A DNA stretch of 64,000 bases from Pelomyxa schiedti. Taxonomy: Eukaryota; Protista; Evosea. The stretch covers positions 101,154-165,153 of the forward strand of contig JAHLWZ010000253.1 in NCBI GenBank assembly GCA_020536535.1. The letters are read 5' to 3'. The notes below the pieces were generated by a model. That model was not told the origin of the DNA. It made no database searches and saw nothing but the letters and a program-made list of their open reading frames with translations. Made by a program: the position numbers and the translations under genes. Shown here one piece after another: positions 51,568-64,000 of the stretch (its first letter is position 1; every line of letters begins with the position of its first letter).

Positions 51568-52801
51568 TCACACTCTGAGTGGGGCTGGTAGGGGTTTGTC
51601 AAAAGCCAATTCAATAAGACTCTGGAGCAGAAATAGGGGTAGCCGACCCACTGTTGGGTTCTTTTTCCAGTACAGAATCTGCGATTCAGTTGGGATAACA
51701 AGAAAAGAAGGGTAAGGTACCATGTATAATACAATCTTGTGTTTGTTGGCTTCTGTTAGTAGACCTTCGAGGCTAAGAGATGCCACTTCTTGAGAGAGCG
51801 GATTATTCCATACTGCATAAAAAGGGCGATTAGAGAGCACTCCAGAGAAATTGGCACGCGTTCTCTTACTTGCAAAGGCAGATAACTGAGGCATGGAGCC
51901 AATGGTTAGTAAAGGAATTTTTGTGATCTTGTTCCCGTTGACTAGGAAATATTAGTCAGGAGTCCACACTGACAGTGCATACAACAAATTGTCCTGAGTA
52001 ACCTCATAGAGCTTATCCACCTCGGAATCTGTGTAAGTCTATTATCAGACACTACAGTAGGATTCTATAAGGAACAAGATTAACAACAAAGGGAAGGGTA
52101 CTTCGCAAGTCTTGGAGTGACCTCAGGTGTATCAATTCTTCCGGAATTGCAGTCAACATATTTACAGAAACTAATATACAGTTAAGTGACAATTCCGAGA
52201 AGAATGCATACGATGTAGGCGCCGGAGTGAGGTTAGGCAACTGATTCCAGATGGGAGACACGTAAGTTTGTTATTAAACACTGTTAGAAATCGGTTTGGA
52301 GGGGAAAAATGGGTATGGGTGGTACAATTCAGGTCACGCAAAGCAGTCATTTTACTGATATCTGGAGGAATGCTAGATATCTGATTGAGAGACACTAATT
52401 GGGGATCAGTGTGAGATCAAATAAAAGTTAGTAGGGGACAACAATTCATGCTCCTAAGTTGAAGCCCAAACAGCTCTTTGGGGAGGATAGTAATTTTGTT
52501 GAAGGATACTGCTTCTTTGTTACTGGAAGCTAAAGTGAAAATAATGACAAAAGAAGCATACAGTCCAACTGAGTCAGTCTCAATTGGCCAATCCCACCAG
52601 GTATTCTTGTCACTCCCCTCCCTTTAACTAAGTTGTACAATCATATAGTGAGCCAAAAAGAAGTGGAGGAAGGGAGTGAGAACAGGAAAACCTACGCTGT
52701 AGTATAGTGTTACAAACAGACCCATAATGCTGTTCTATGAGCATGGACCCTATACACCGCTGGAGAGCCTCGTCTCCATCAGAATCTGGAGGGAGTCGCA
52801 T
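51568..52801 (-). CDS. Leucine-rich repeat protein (multi-exon)
   Basis: LxxLxLxxNxL repeats: SLNQISSIPPDISKMTALRDL, NNKLTCLP, NMLTAIPEELIHLRSL, NGNKITKIP. Confidence 0.8.
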
Positions 52802-53024
52802 GAAATAAGTTTGCGTTGTTTTAATTTTTGGAAATTTCTTTTCTGAGTGATCGTTCAAAGGACACTGCCGAAATGTCGATAACGCTCGGTACGATCCGGG
52901 GTCACATGCCAAACAAACCAAATGTCATTTTGTCGTGTTGTGTGTTCATGTCTGCCTCGCTTGGTCTCACTATATTTTTTTTTATTTACCGCACGATTGT
53001 TTGCACGTAACACCCCTTTGAATA

Positions 53025-55990
53025 ATGGCACATTTGATTCGGTTGTCTAACATAGTTACAGTGGGATACTTCCAAATGAAGTCGGGCTTGAACGGGAAGT
53101 ATATGGGAAGCGCCCCAGATGGCGCCGTGAGGTGTGTCGACGAGCCCGACTATGGTAATTACAAGACAACTTGGTATGCTGACACTGACGAAAAGGGTGT
53201 TACATTCAAATCGTGCGTTTCACTTTGTTTTGTTTTGGTGTAATGTGAGGTGATTGCTTAGTCTTACTTGACGAGAGTGAAGTAGCTGAACAGTGTGTAG
53301 ATACTTTGGCAGATATTTGAGTGCACCTTTGGTTGGAAGTCCTGCTTGCAGCAGACTGGAAGCAAAGATGTGGGAACACTTTTTTGTGAAGCAATCAGAG
53401 TCCCCTTGCATGTTTTCGATGAGGTCTGAATGAGTTATGTTTCCCTGACTTATTTTTGTCAAGATGTGGCAATGCTTGGTTATCATGTGAACGGAATGGT
53501 ATGTAATTGCCAGTTCCTTTTTGTTGGTAATTAGGTAGTACAGGTTGCATGGTCTGCCACTTTTTTTTCAAGTCGTTTGATGAATGGGAATTGGAACCTG
53601 TCCCTGCTCCAGTTATTACACACACAATAGCGCTTCACTCTTGGATTCCTTCAAGATTTCCTATACCAGTAAATTGTGGTTGTTGTGCATACCTTATGTG
53701 GGGACCGGCTGTTCAGGGATATACATGTGCTGGTATAGACATAAAACGCTTTTCCAACTTTGTTTTTATCGTTGATTCACTTCAGTCTGCCACTTTCGTG
53801 TACACTCCAAGTGTCTCCCGGCGGTACCGTCGAACTGCAACCCTGACCTAAAAGATGCCATGAATAGTATGGAGATATCTCAAAGCAAAGCAGAACAGTT
53901 AAGTACTTCCGGTTTGGCATACCCGTCATCTTGTGACACAAATAAAACAGAGATGATTCCCCAGCAAGCAAAACCAAACGTATGACAATAGCTATCAATG
54001 TTTGTACAGGACCAAGCTTAAATGAGGAAGAGCTTTTATCTCAAGTTAAAACGTATGTCTTTTGCATTGTTTAAATGTACTGACTCTCGCAGAGAGGAAC
54101 AAAAGCGGTTAACAATAAGATTTTATGGTAGAGCATTGAACCTTACAGAGAGCGAAGTGGTGGAAAAACTTGACCAACTAGATTCTGCAGGTGTACTTCC
54201 AACGGAACCTCCTGCAATAGCCACAAACACTACAGTCCCAAGTTTGACAAGTTCTTCAGAGGCCAGGCGCACCATATCTCCTGGGTCCAATGGGAGTTGC
54301 AATGAGTCAAATCCCACACTTCTTCCACAAGAACCTCCTGCCACAAGTCTTCCATCACTCCTAGCTCCTAAGACTGGACAATCGACTTCGTTAGCAGTGG
54401 GAAATTTGCCAAAAAGGCAATCAGTGCTGGTCGGACAATCACCTGAAGTTCAAACGTCTTCTTTGGCAAACAATTTTTTAGAGTGCCCCAGCAACGCTGT
54501 CACTGTTGTAGCATCCACACCATCCCCTTCACAAGAAATTGTCACGCAAGTACCAACTACGGCTCCAAAAAGTAGAGCACTCCCTGTTGTACCTTCTGAC
54601 AAACCCTACAAACCCATGGCGCGGCACCAAAGCATCTATGTTCCAAATTCTAATGCCCATGTTCAATCTTCAACACCATCTGCATCAGCACCTGCACCAA
54701 ATTTCCGTAGAACTATGAGTTTTGATTCTCCACCCTCTCATCTCTCACCCAACCTGCAAAGCAAACCAATGGTCCATCAACGATCTGTAACGCCCCCTTC
54801 ACTTTCTACTAAACCGGAAAATCAGCAGATAACAACCCCCACAACAACTCCAATGACGCCTAACGCCACTGCCCTGAGTGAGCCTGCTGTATCTCCAGCA
54901 ACCGTTCCTGCAGTTACGGTAAATGAAATAAAAGTACCAATGCCTTCCCCAGTACAATCACCAGTGCAACCACCACCTCCACCCGTTCAGGTTCCGGCTC
55001 AACCTCCAGCACAGACTCCAGCTCAAGTGCCAGTCCAACCTCCAGCACAGATTCGAGCTCAATCTCCGCCTCCACCAGCCCAAGTTCCGGCTCAACTTCC
55101 GGGAGAGCTTCCGGTAAAATCTTCTGCCGTGCGAACTTCGCTACCACGGCCGATTCCTTCTGTAAACAAAGCGGCACCACCTCTGACTGACGCGAACCAA
55201 TCTCTATCTGGTCCTGCAAATCCAAACCAAGAACGAACTCCTCCTGCCGCTACCAAACCTTCTTCAGGAACTCCCATCAACCTCTCCTCCTCACTACCTC
55301 CCAGTTCAAGACCAGTTGCTGCCAAAGTAAACGCTCCTTCCAAAGTGATGCAGAGGTTTCCTCCCTGCGCGATACCTACCCCAGAGTCTAAGGTTTTTTT
55401 TATTTTTCCCTTTCCAATACTCATTTCCTTAACAGAGCCCCAGCGAGGTGATTTTTTCACACTAAACTAACCACTCATCTTCTAATTTCATTCCAGGTGC
55501 ATAAACCACTGGCACCTAAAAAGGTGTTTTCCCTTTCCTTTTTCCTACCCACTCAACCCCTGTAGGGTACACAGTTGCAGCAACGCATGAACCTTGCGCA
55601 GGTGAGAATACATAACTCTTTCTTAAACCTCAAAAAACGCAGTTTGAGATGGCCCTTATGAAAGGGGCAGTTGGCGGTGCAGTCGCCAAATCACCAATTG
55701 GAGGTACCCCTCTTGAACTATCTGGTGTTGCCCCTGCAATTGTCACACCACAGCCGTAATTCCTTTCCCATCCTTATCCGATAATATCGCGTAACAAAAA
55801 CCTCCAATAGGGTTGAAGTACAGATAGAGTACACTGGTGAGTTAGGTCTTCCTCAATCCACAGCACCTAGGCTCGAACATGTAAGAACCTTCCTTTTTTT
55901 TTCCCACTTACTCACACATAACCACAGGTGAAACGAGCAGCCCCAAAAGGCAGGAAACCCCCAACACACGTAACAGCCCACCAAGAATGA
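53025..55990 (+). CDS. Putative actin-regulatory protein: fascin/beta-trefoil-like N-terminus, C1 zinc finger, long Pro-rich region, CPI-like tail
   Basis: MKSGLNGKYM / KCVDTFGRYL beta-trefoil-like motifs; C1 HTI..CGCCAYLMWG..QGYTC..CHFRVHSKC..C; end RLEHVKRAAPKGRKPPT. Confidence 0.65.
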
Positions 55991-56060
55991 GTGTCAATAA
56001 AAAACCATAAGATAGAACCACTTGTATTTTATACAAAATTAGTTCTCTTTTAGACTACTA

Positions 56061-59000
56061 TTATAGGGTTTTGTTCAAAAGGTAATTGAAGCAGGCTGGG
56101 CAACAGCTGTGCCTAAGCTGAGGCAGGTTGCCACATTCGAATAGCCCACAGGCTACTGCCTGCTCTACTTCCAGCCAGGTTGAATTAGTTTGTAGTGCAT
56201 AAGGCTGGGGTGTTGTGGTTGTGGGACTAGGTGTGGTGTCTGCGGAGGTAATTGTGGTAGGTGTTTCTGAGTGGTTTGGAGTGCCTGTAGGCATAGTGTA
56301 TTGCCCATCAGAACTAACTGATGTCTGTACCTTCTTGCAAAAAGTGCACATGTTCAGTACACTGCTTCCTCTTGGAGCTCCCCATTCGAGTAGTATTTGC
56401 GGGGGTCTTGCCATAGTGAACCGCGTAACGGAGCGAAACTGTACGCAGGCATTGAGAAGTGGAACTACATGCATTTCCATAAAGCGCTTTTGAGAGCTTG
56501 CATCACAACGGAACTTGAAGGTGACTGGCTTGTTACTATCACGCACTTTCTGGATCAGCAGTTTATATAGAAACTGGGTCGTTGGCCCGCTCACCCAGCG
56601 CCACAGGGACGTATTAAGCATATGGTCTTGAAGATGGGTTCCTTGATTCTCCTGCAAAAATTCATCCCAGATGGGCTCCACAAGAATGATTACATCGTTT
56701 GCATTCACAACATATGCACAAGTTACGTTTTTCTCCTCTACAGCTGTGGTACGTGATTTAGGGACACCAAAAAATTGACTAGAGATTGGGAGGGTAACCT
56801 TACATGCATTCTCTTGAATAGTCTCTGGCCACATGCTGTAGTCACTATGGTTGGATGTATTTTGGCTTCGTGAAGCAGCTGGGTTTTTATCAGTGGGTAA
56901 ACACCAAAAAAAAGAATTCTGGGAAGGAGGACCCTACTTGTATTCACCGTAGAGGACGGCACAAATTGGGATTCCTAGGAGTAAGTAAGAAATATTTTTC
57001 GAAAACCTCAGAACTTACAGATTCGCTTTGTTCATGAGTTTCTGATGTATTTGTCATAGCAAGACTGCTTGTTAGAGCGAGTGTGGGGAGTGCAGCGTCA
57101 AGTAATTGAGTGAATTCTTTGAATGTTGGCCTTCTGAGTGGGTCCGCCGTCCAACATTGTAACATAAGGTCGTAGAGAACCGAGGGACAACCATTTGGCT
57201 GTGGTAGGCGCTTACCCTTTATGATGTAAGAGACTAACAGTACTTTGGCACTTAACTGATTGAAGAAACTGTAGAAACTCTTTCCCTCTGTAACCAAGAA
57301 TGGCAGGAGGGTGATGGGAAATCAATTCCCAGAGTACTACACCCTATTTTCAAGTAAGGGAATGGAATCACAGTATAGTACAACCATGCTCCAGACATCA
57401 CTTGTGGGAGTAAGGTGACGAAAAAGGTTTTTTCCTATACCTTTTTTCAGAAAACGAATGTGACAGAAGTGCTTCAAGAGCCATCCACAAGTAGGGTCTA
57501 AGTCCAGCACCTTCCCTAGCAATGTCAATATCACGAGCCCTGGCGAGACCAAAATCTGCCTATTAATCTGTGACGGGTTTGATGCAAGGAGAGAAAATCG
57601 TACCACTTTTACTATATACCCACCAGACCGTTCCAGATACAATAAATTTCTAGCAGATATTAGATCAACAGATAAAAACAACTCAACAACAGTGTACCTA
57701 CATGCCAGGTCTCTGGATAAAACAGGAGGATAAGGATAATGATAATAATAAAAAAAGTGCATACCGGTGGACGACATGATAGGAGGCAAGATATTGCATG
57801 CCAGCAGCAGCATCCCTTGCCATCTTTAGCCGTGTTGGTAGTGGAAGTTCTCTTTGGGACAACAATCCAGACACACTGCCATCAGCAAGCTCAGTTACTA
57901 AATACAGATTGTTCTCATACTCGCAAATTCCATACAAACCAATTACATTGGGGTGCCTCAGAGAACTGAGATTATAAGTTATTGAGGCCAAGCCTTATGA
58001 AAGATATTAACCTGAGCATTGCAGCTTCAATGAGTATGTCATTCCGCAGGTGTTGCCCCTTCAAAGTTTTCATTGCAACTGCGGTCGTCGCTCCCCATTC
58101 TCCCTATAGAATGTAAAGCCAAGAATTTGAAGAACGTGTATCAACCTTGAATACTTGGCCAAATGCACCTTTTCCAATTGGCTGGCGAGGAATACAATCT
58201 TGGAGCATTGGCACAGTGGTTTCAATAAAAGAGCTCGCCACTATTATAGTTAGAACCCATTTGAGGTACTAATGGAACTCTTACCTGGAGTCGAATCTGT
58301 CTTAAACAGTGAACGTATTTTAGCCTGGTCTCCCACGGAAGCTCCCATTACAAAGAAATGACCTTCAGGTACATGTTCTAGAGCATCCAATGTATCAACA
58401 CCATTTTTCAAAAATGAGGCAGCAAGTTCTAAAACTATAAATACCCAGTGGAAACTTCAGTAGTACCTTGGGCGTGTGGCAAGGGAATTTTAATTTGACA
58501 AAGAATGTCCGTCATTTCTTTTTCAATGAGATTTTTATTGCGCAACTTGGAAAGTAAAGCGGCATTGGAATGTATGTCCTCAGAACCTTGGAAATCCGAT
58601 TATTATTTTACAGACTCTCAATATATATATACCACCAACTCTGGGGGCTTTTGCCGGTGTTTCGAGTGCAGGGCTATCGCTCAGTGCTTCAAGCATCCTT
58701 TTTCTGGCTAGGTGGATAAATGAGTTATGAGATAGAAAGATTTTGAATACCCGTAAAGGAATGAAGAGGAAACAAAATAACAAGACGGAGTTGGGCACTC
58801 TCCTCAGAACATTCAACTCTGCCCCACAACTCGAACTCTGCGTATTTGATTCGAATACGCGGCTCAACATGAACATGCAGTAACTCATAATAGAGCCAAG
58901 AAGACCGCTCATGTAGAGGCGGAATACACTCAGTGATGTAATACATGCACCATGGGCCCTGAAGTGGGGTGTGACTATAACGGGATTCTTTCTCTTCGTA

Positions 59001-59499
59001 CCCAACCTTGGCAATTATAGGACTCTGCAAAGTACAATCAGTAACTGGAAATTCGTGACACATCTGTGAAATTCTTTCGTAAATGCTAGTGAATCCCTTC
59101 AGTGCTTTGGCCCAGCTGCCAGCACCAAGCCTGGCATGTGAGGAGCACAAAAAGGCTACAAACACAGACTTCCACGAGAATCGCACGTGAACCAGCTCTT
59201 TTTGTAACAACACGAAGGAAATTGAGTGAAAAGGTGAAGGAGAGGAAAAAAACGTGGAACACACCTGGCATCACAATTTTGTCCTCGGACACCGCGGCAG
59301 TGGTCAAATCTGAAAACGGGTCTCCGGACATCCATGACTCGCATTGCTTTTTCTTGTTCGACTCCCACACCTCGGCAGCAAAACCGAGCAACTCCCTGCG
59401 GTCGTTTACCCGATCTTGATCTACAGCTCGCATGTTTCTCGTGAAATGAAACAGATCGTTAACCACCGTCCCACAGCAAGCACGCACAACCCGACTCAT
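56061..59499 (-). CDS. SAM - tyrosine-kinase-like protein with C-terminal PAS-like/Zn-binding domain
   Basis: IGKGAFGQVF, VAMKTL, HPNVIGLYG, HRDLACRNLL, SDVWS, RLPQPNGCP..QCW..RRPTF; two introns join in frame to the 56061-56834 exon. Confidence 0.85.
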
Positions 59500-59680
59500 T
59501 TCCTCTTTTTTATTTTTTTTTCTTTTTGCTTGTTTGTCGAAAAACGCAAGAGAAAGAAAAATACACAACGATACGTACGAACCGGCTCCGGTTTTCCGAG
59601 ACTTTGTATCGCCTAAACAGGTTTCGCCCTCACTGTCGTGATCTCGAACCACACAAGGAACCAACAGCACGCCCATAGTT

Positions 59681-60886
59681 ATGGGTAGCGCGGCCTCGGC
59701 CCAACAACGTAACAAGCACTGCGCGACCAGTGCACAACAACCACGCGGCGCTGTGTTAATTACGTCCCACAATCCCGTTGCCTCGACGTCGTATAACACG
59801 GCAGTCGTTACCAACAACAGAGTGGTTGTCCTGGGCCACCCACAATCACAACCGCACGCCGCCTCTGTAGTGGTCACATTTGGTAATCAACAGCACACCT
59901 TCAACAGCCCCAGCCAAGTTGTCCAGGCGTCGACTCAGCCCGTGGCATCAACTTATCCCATAACCAATACTCCAAATGCTGCCATGCCCATCGCTCACCC
60001 GCCCTTTCCTTCTCCTCAACAACAACAACAACAACAACAACAGACCACAAGTTATTATTCCACGCCACCTCCCCCTTTGGTTCATCAATATCAATACCCT
60101 TCAACTACCACACAGCCAAACGCCAACACATCACAATGGAACCAGCAGGTCACAGGGACATCACCGGCTGCTGTGGGGCCAACAGAATACCTTCCGCAAT
60201 ACTGGCAAGTGAGTTATTCTAACGGGAAAAAGTTTTACATAGACCACACTAGGAAAGTAACTATGTGGCGTTGCCCATGGTACTGAAGACCTTAGTTATT
60301 CTCCTTTGTATACGTAGAATTCTAACCTCGCCATTTTTAGGATGCCTCCGAATTGGGAGCTGTGGTTAGATAATGCAACAAAACGTGTATTTTACATCAA
60401 CACCCTCAACAAAACAACACAGTGGAACCCACCATCACCATCTGGCTGGGTTGTTATGTTTGACCAGCATACGGGAATTCCGTTCTACCTTGATTCTAAT
60501 GGTGTCCGGCACTCTTCACACCCATACAACGAAGTAGACTCGACGAGTTCAACAAAATATTCACAACCACAAACGAATTTACCCACAAGCAACACAAAAG
60601 TAGCAGCTTCTGATGCACTCACTCCTCCTGATTATGAAAAAATGGTGTTACCAACCCACATTTGGCACCCAACTCACTCAGGCATAGATTTGTAAAGTAT
60701 GCCTTGACAGGGAGATTGATGTCTGCCTGCTAAAATGTGGTCATCTATGCTGTTGTTCTATATGTGCCTCTCTTCTAACCCAGGTACCATGCAAATTGGA
60801 CTTCCCATTTTACCAATAACGGCTCAACACAGTGTCCCATTTGCCGGAGCCAAGTACAAGAAATAATCAAAGTATTTCGGTCATGA
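59681..60886 (+). CDS. WW-domain + RING finger protein
   Basis: WW: LPQYWQVSYSNGKKFYIDHTRKVTMW, MPPNWELWLDNATKRVFYINTLNKTTQWNPP. RING: CKVCLDREIDVCLLKCGHLCCCSICA..CPICR. Confidence 0.88.
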
Positions 60887-60911
60887 AGGTTTCTTTTAAT
60901 GTTTCTTGGTA

Positions 60912-63074
60912 TCAAGAAAAATGATAAGGTGCGGAAGTATCAGGAGCCTCAAAATTCAGTTCATGGGTGAGTGCTGCTTCAGATACACCCATGCAAGGTT
61001 GAAAGCGGATTCTTATCTTTGTAGTAAATATTCCCCAACCTGTTCTGGTTACCTCGAATGGAGGTGTATCCACAGTTACAATTGGAGGAGTGAACGTCTC
61101 GTGCAAAGTGAATTCTACACTCTTTATAGCAACACTCAAGTCTGCAGTTGTTGCAGCCAGTGATGGCCGCACATAGAGCGTCCACTTGTGTTTTGTGCGT
61201 GGTGCAGAAGCAGAGGATTTGGAAGCTGAAGCTGAAGTTTCAGTGGTAGAGGATGTGGCTGACTCTGGTTGTACTACGGAATGGGTGTTACCAAATATAA
61301 TGCCACCAGCAAGGATCGCCCTCAACGAAAGCCGCTGGGCTGCTTCAATATATGTAGTATGTACGGTCTGAGAAGTGTAAGGAAGTGGTAGTGTGGGTGG
61401 GGCAAGGGGGAAAAAAACCTTAGGGATTTGGGCAATTGGCAGAGCATCGCGGGGGTGCCAGACCGGAACGGGGTCTATGTTGATGGATAGCCGCTTCATA
61501 AGCTCTGTGAATACTTTGTCACATCTGGGTGTTATGGGTAGAGTAATAAAAGCAAGTGGAAGGTGTAGTACGTGGCCCATATCCTGATGTGCGCCTTGGC
61601 ATCATCAGGTGTTGGCTGAAGATTGATAATCACTGTCTGGTTGAGTTAGGCAGGGGGAAAAAGTATCGCTTTTACCCACCCGTCGTGCTAGGAATGGGAA
61701 GTGAGTGATGTGCCTAAGGAAAATTAGGAATGAAGACCATTAGAAATATAGAACCGTAAAGACATAGATGTTCCAGCAACAATGCACAGACGCGCTTTTT
61801 GGCAGTGGGTCTCTGCCTCATTCCAATCAGTCTTAACAATTTAGAGGAGAAGCAAATGAGAAATATTACATCGTCCAGATTTTCGCCAAAATTTATAACT
61901 GTAAAATTTAAATGAAGGGAAATGATGGACTTAGGTAAGAGTGTACTTGTATCTTTGGTTCCCATATTTGCATCCGTGGTGGAAATTAACCTGGGATACA
62001 ATTAGTGGAGACAAGATTTACATGAAAGAGATAATACCCGTTATTTACAAAACCAGTTCCAGATCCTGTTTTTGCCTTGGGATTAGGCATCAGACCAGTG
62101 TATCCTTTTGGAGGTGCACTACCACATCGTGGGCACGGTCCTGCACTATGGTCATGAACATATAGCCTAGGCTGCCGAACCTTTTTGTCTTAATGTATCA
62201 ATGGGAACTAGAGTTTTGGTTATACATGAAAATTTCTTTCAAAGTCGTAAGAGCACCCTGTGCACCGTTGTACAAAAACGTCACCATGAAGGCAGGCAAG
62301 CTGTGTATGTGCAACTAATCCTGCCTTTCAAATGGTTTGCTCTTTGAATTGAAATACCAACCTCACTTTGCGATACAATCCATCAAGATTGGTTGTGACC
62401 ACAAAATGGGCAAGTCTTTTTCTTATAAGGGTTGCCATTGCCATATGAGTCACACTTGGTTCTGCATCCAACATCTTGTAGACAAACAGTACCAAGTTAA
62501 AAAAGAGAAAAAGAAAAACCTCTCTGAGTAAAAGAAAGGAATTATACCGGGACTTTCTTTGTCGACTAAGACAAGTCAACAAGGGAGTTAAGGAAGATAG
62601 TGAGAAAGGTAATGGCTTACCTTGGCTAGTTCTTTGGCTTGCTCAGCCAAAAGACCTTCAAGGTCCTCTTCCTCGGCTGGAGTGATGGTTCCAAGTGACT
62701 TTTTACCTTTCAATTCATTGATGCGCCTCTGTGTCCATGCACCCGATGGTCCTCTATAGTCTCCGACTCCAGAAGATGTAGAGACTCCAGCACCGGTAAA
62801 GAAGACGGTGTATCTTACAAAAGAGAAAAAAAAAAAAAAATTAGTTCTCCCGCACACCAAAAGAGGGTACAACTACGCATAGTAGAGTCACCACAACGAA
62901 TAAGGTTTAAAAACGAGTGTTCGTAGTGAATTGAATACATGAGTAAATGACAAAGAACGAGGGAGACTACGAGCTGTTGGTGACCATTTTTGTCAATTCA
63001 ACCATTTTGGCCTCGAACTCTTCATCAGTGTCATAACGCTCTGCTATCCTCGTAGCATCTACAGTTGCGGCCAT
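60912..63074 (-). CDS. Class IV (SIRT6/7-like) sirtuin fused to a C-terminal YEATS domain
   Basis: Sirtuin: FTGAGVSTSSGVGDYRGPSGAWT, PSVTHMA, VVTTNLDGL, LHGDVF..C..C, INFGENL, GTSM, IINLQPTP. YEATS: FGN..KHKWTLYV..IKSVEFTLHETF..PPFEVTRTGWGIF. Confidence 0.9.
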
Positions 63075-63081
63075 TTCCAAA

Positions 63082-63449
63082 GCAAAAAAAAAAATGTTTG
63101 TTTTGTGGTTGGTTGGCGTGTGTTTCTATTACTCTATAGGGGAAGGTGATACGGCAATGGAGAGGGTACTGAAGGTGCAGGCAGGAAGGTAGTCCTCGAC
63201 CCACCCGTCCTCCCCCTCCCCTCTCTAATCTCCTCTCTTCCCCATAAAATAATTGTCGGAGCTCCCGGCCAAAGTGCCGTTCCTTTTTCGCCCCTGATGA
63301 ATTGTGGGAGAAATTGCCTCAATCTCGAACGGACAGAGTTGAAATTATCGATCTGTCAAATTTTTCGGTTTCAGGGATTGTCTTCTGAGTGTGGCAATGT
63401 CTACGCAAGTTTTTTGTTGCGCGTGCGGGGCCGATTCACGATGCAACGG
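63082..63449 (-). repeat. ~370-bp dispersed repeat ending 7 nt before the sirtuin-YEATS ATG
   Basis: Reverse complement collinear with 12522-12888. Confidence 0.92.
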
Positions 63450-63451
63450 AT

Positions 63452-63705
63452 AAAAAAATCGAAGAGTTTGCGAATTCAAAGTTTCGGGAAAATTTTGTAT
63501 TGTGGTTGTAGGTCTTGGGGAAGGTGATGCGGCAATGGAGCGGTACTGAAGGTGCAGGCAGGGAGAAGTCCATCCTCGACCCACCCGTCCTCCCCCTCCC
63601 TTCTCCAATCTCCTCTTTTCCCCGGTGGTCCGGAATCACACAGGGAAAAAGAGAAACAAGATTTCCTCCTCAGATGAATTGTGGGACAAACCGAACAGAA
63701 CATAA
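63452..63705 (+). repeat. Second tandem copy of repeat core plus modules shared with 10883-11145
   Basis: Near-identical to 10883-11080; cgaagagtttgcgaattcaa module shared with ~11105-11125. Confidence 0.9.
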
Positions 63706-63720
63706 ATAGAGTAGCCCCCT

Positions 63721-63813
63721 TAAACCCGACTCACAAAAACGAAAACCCGACTCAAAAAAAAAACGCAACTCGGAATTTTAAACCCGACCCGGAATTTTAA
63801 ACCCAACTCGGTA
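63721..63813 (+). repeat. Short imperfect tandem repeats (aaacccgactc / ggaattttaaaacccgac)
   Basis: Four to five degenerate aaacccRacYc units. Confidence 0.6.
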
Positions 63814-64000
63814 TCACAAATTTAGTGGAAGCCGATGGGTTTGACGACGAAAATAGAAATACACCCTGCAGAGATCGCAGTGTAGCCCCTGTCTGTGGTG
63901 GAATCATCTGGGTACATGCTGGCTGATATCAACCAGATGTTTGCACGGTGGTGTCTTGCCATTTCTTGCTGCTTTCCCAGGGCACGGCATGGACTAAGCC

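Noticed and set aside
59086-59877. 263-aa minus ORF extending upstream of the kinase
   Set aside because: The portion above 59499 overlaps the WW-RING gene on the other strand; the kinase more plausibly starts at ATG 59499
63721-63813. aaaccc-containing repeats as telomeric sequence
   Set aside because: Units are irregular and few, and unique sequence follows

Overview
Gene-dense eukaryotic DNA with many short (about 25-80 nt) GT-AG introns and very short intergenic gaps. It most likely comes from an anaerobic, flagellated amoebozoan (Pelomyxa/Archamoebae-like; inferred from gene style, not from a search). About 29 protein-coding genes can be reconstructed by hand-splicing: two USP deubiquitinases, cofilin, Kelch-RING, DUF2087-like, HP1, HAUS1-like, G-patch/R3H, TMEM231, VPS9-GEF, PI4K type II, a secreted beta-helix protein, LITAF, a Zn-finger protein, topoisomerase IB, Rab, PX-GTPase, GTPBP1/2, LRR, C1/Pro-rich, WW-RING and several unusual fusions. 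The standout is an intron-containing gene (28413-32071, minus) that splices into one polypeptide carrying all three subunits of bacterial citrate lyase (CitF alpha, CitD-like ACP gamma, CitE beta), with an apparently degenerate prosthetic-group serine motif. Other unusual architectures are LIM fused to a Met/Cys PLP lyase, sirtuin-YEATS, Macro-SAM-Tyr kinase, Tyr kinase with a bacterial PAS-like/Zn domain, and a peptidoglycan-binding domain fused to a C39-like peptidase. The Top1 has Cys at the catalytic Arg position. A dispersed ~370-bp repeat ends immediately upstream of the ATG of two unrelated genes. Coordinates are gene spans including introns. All family calls rest on motif recognition, not database searches.
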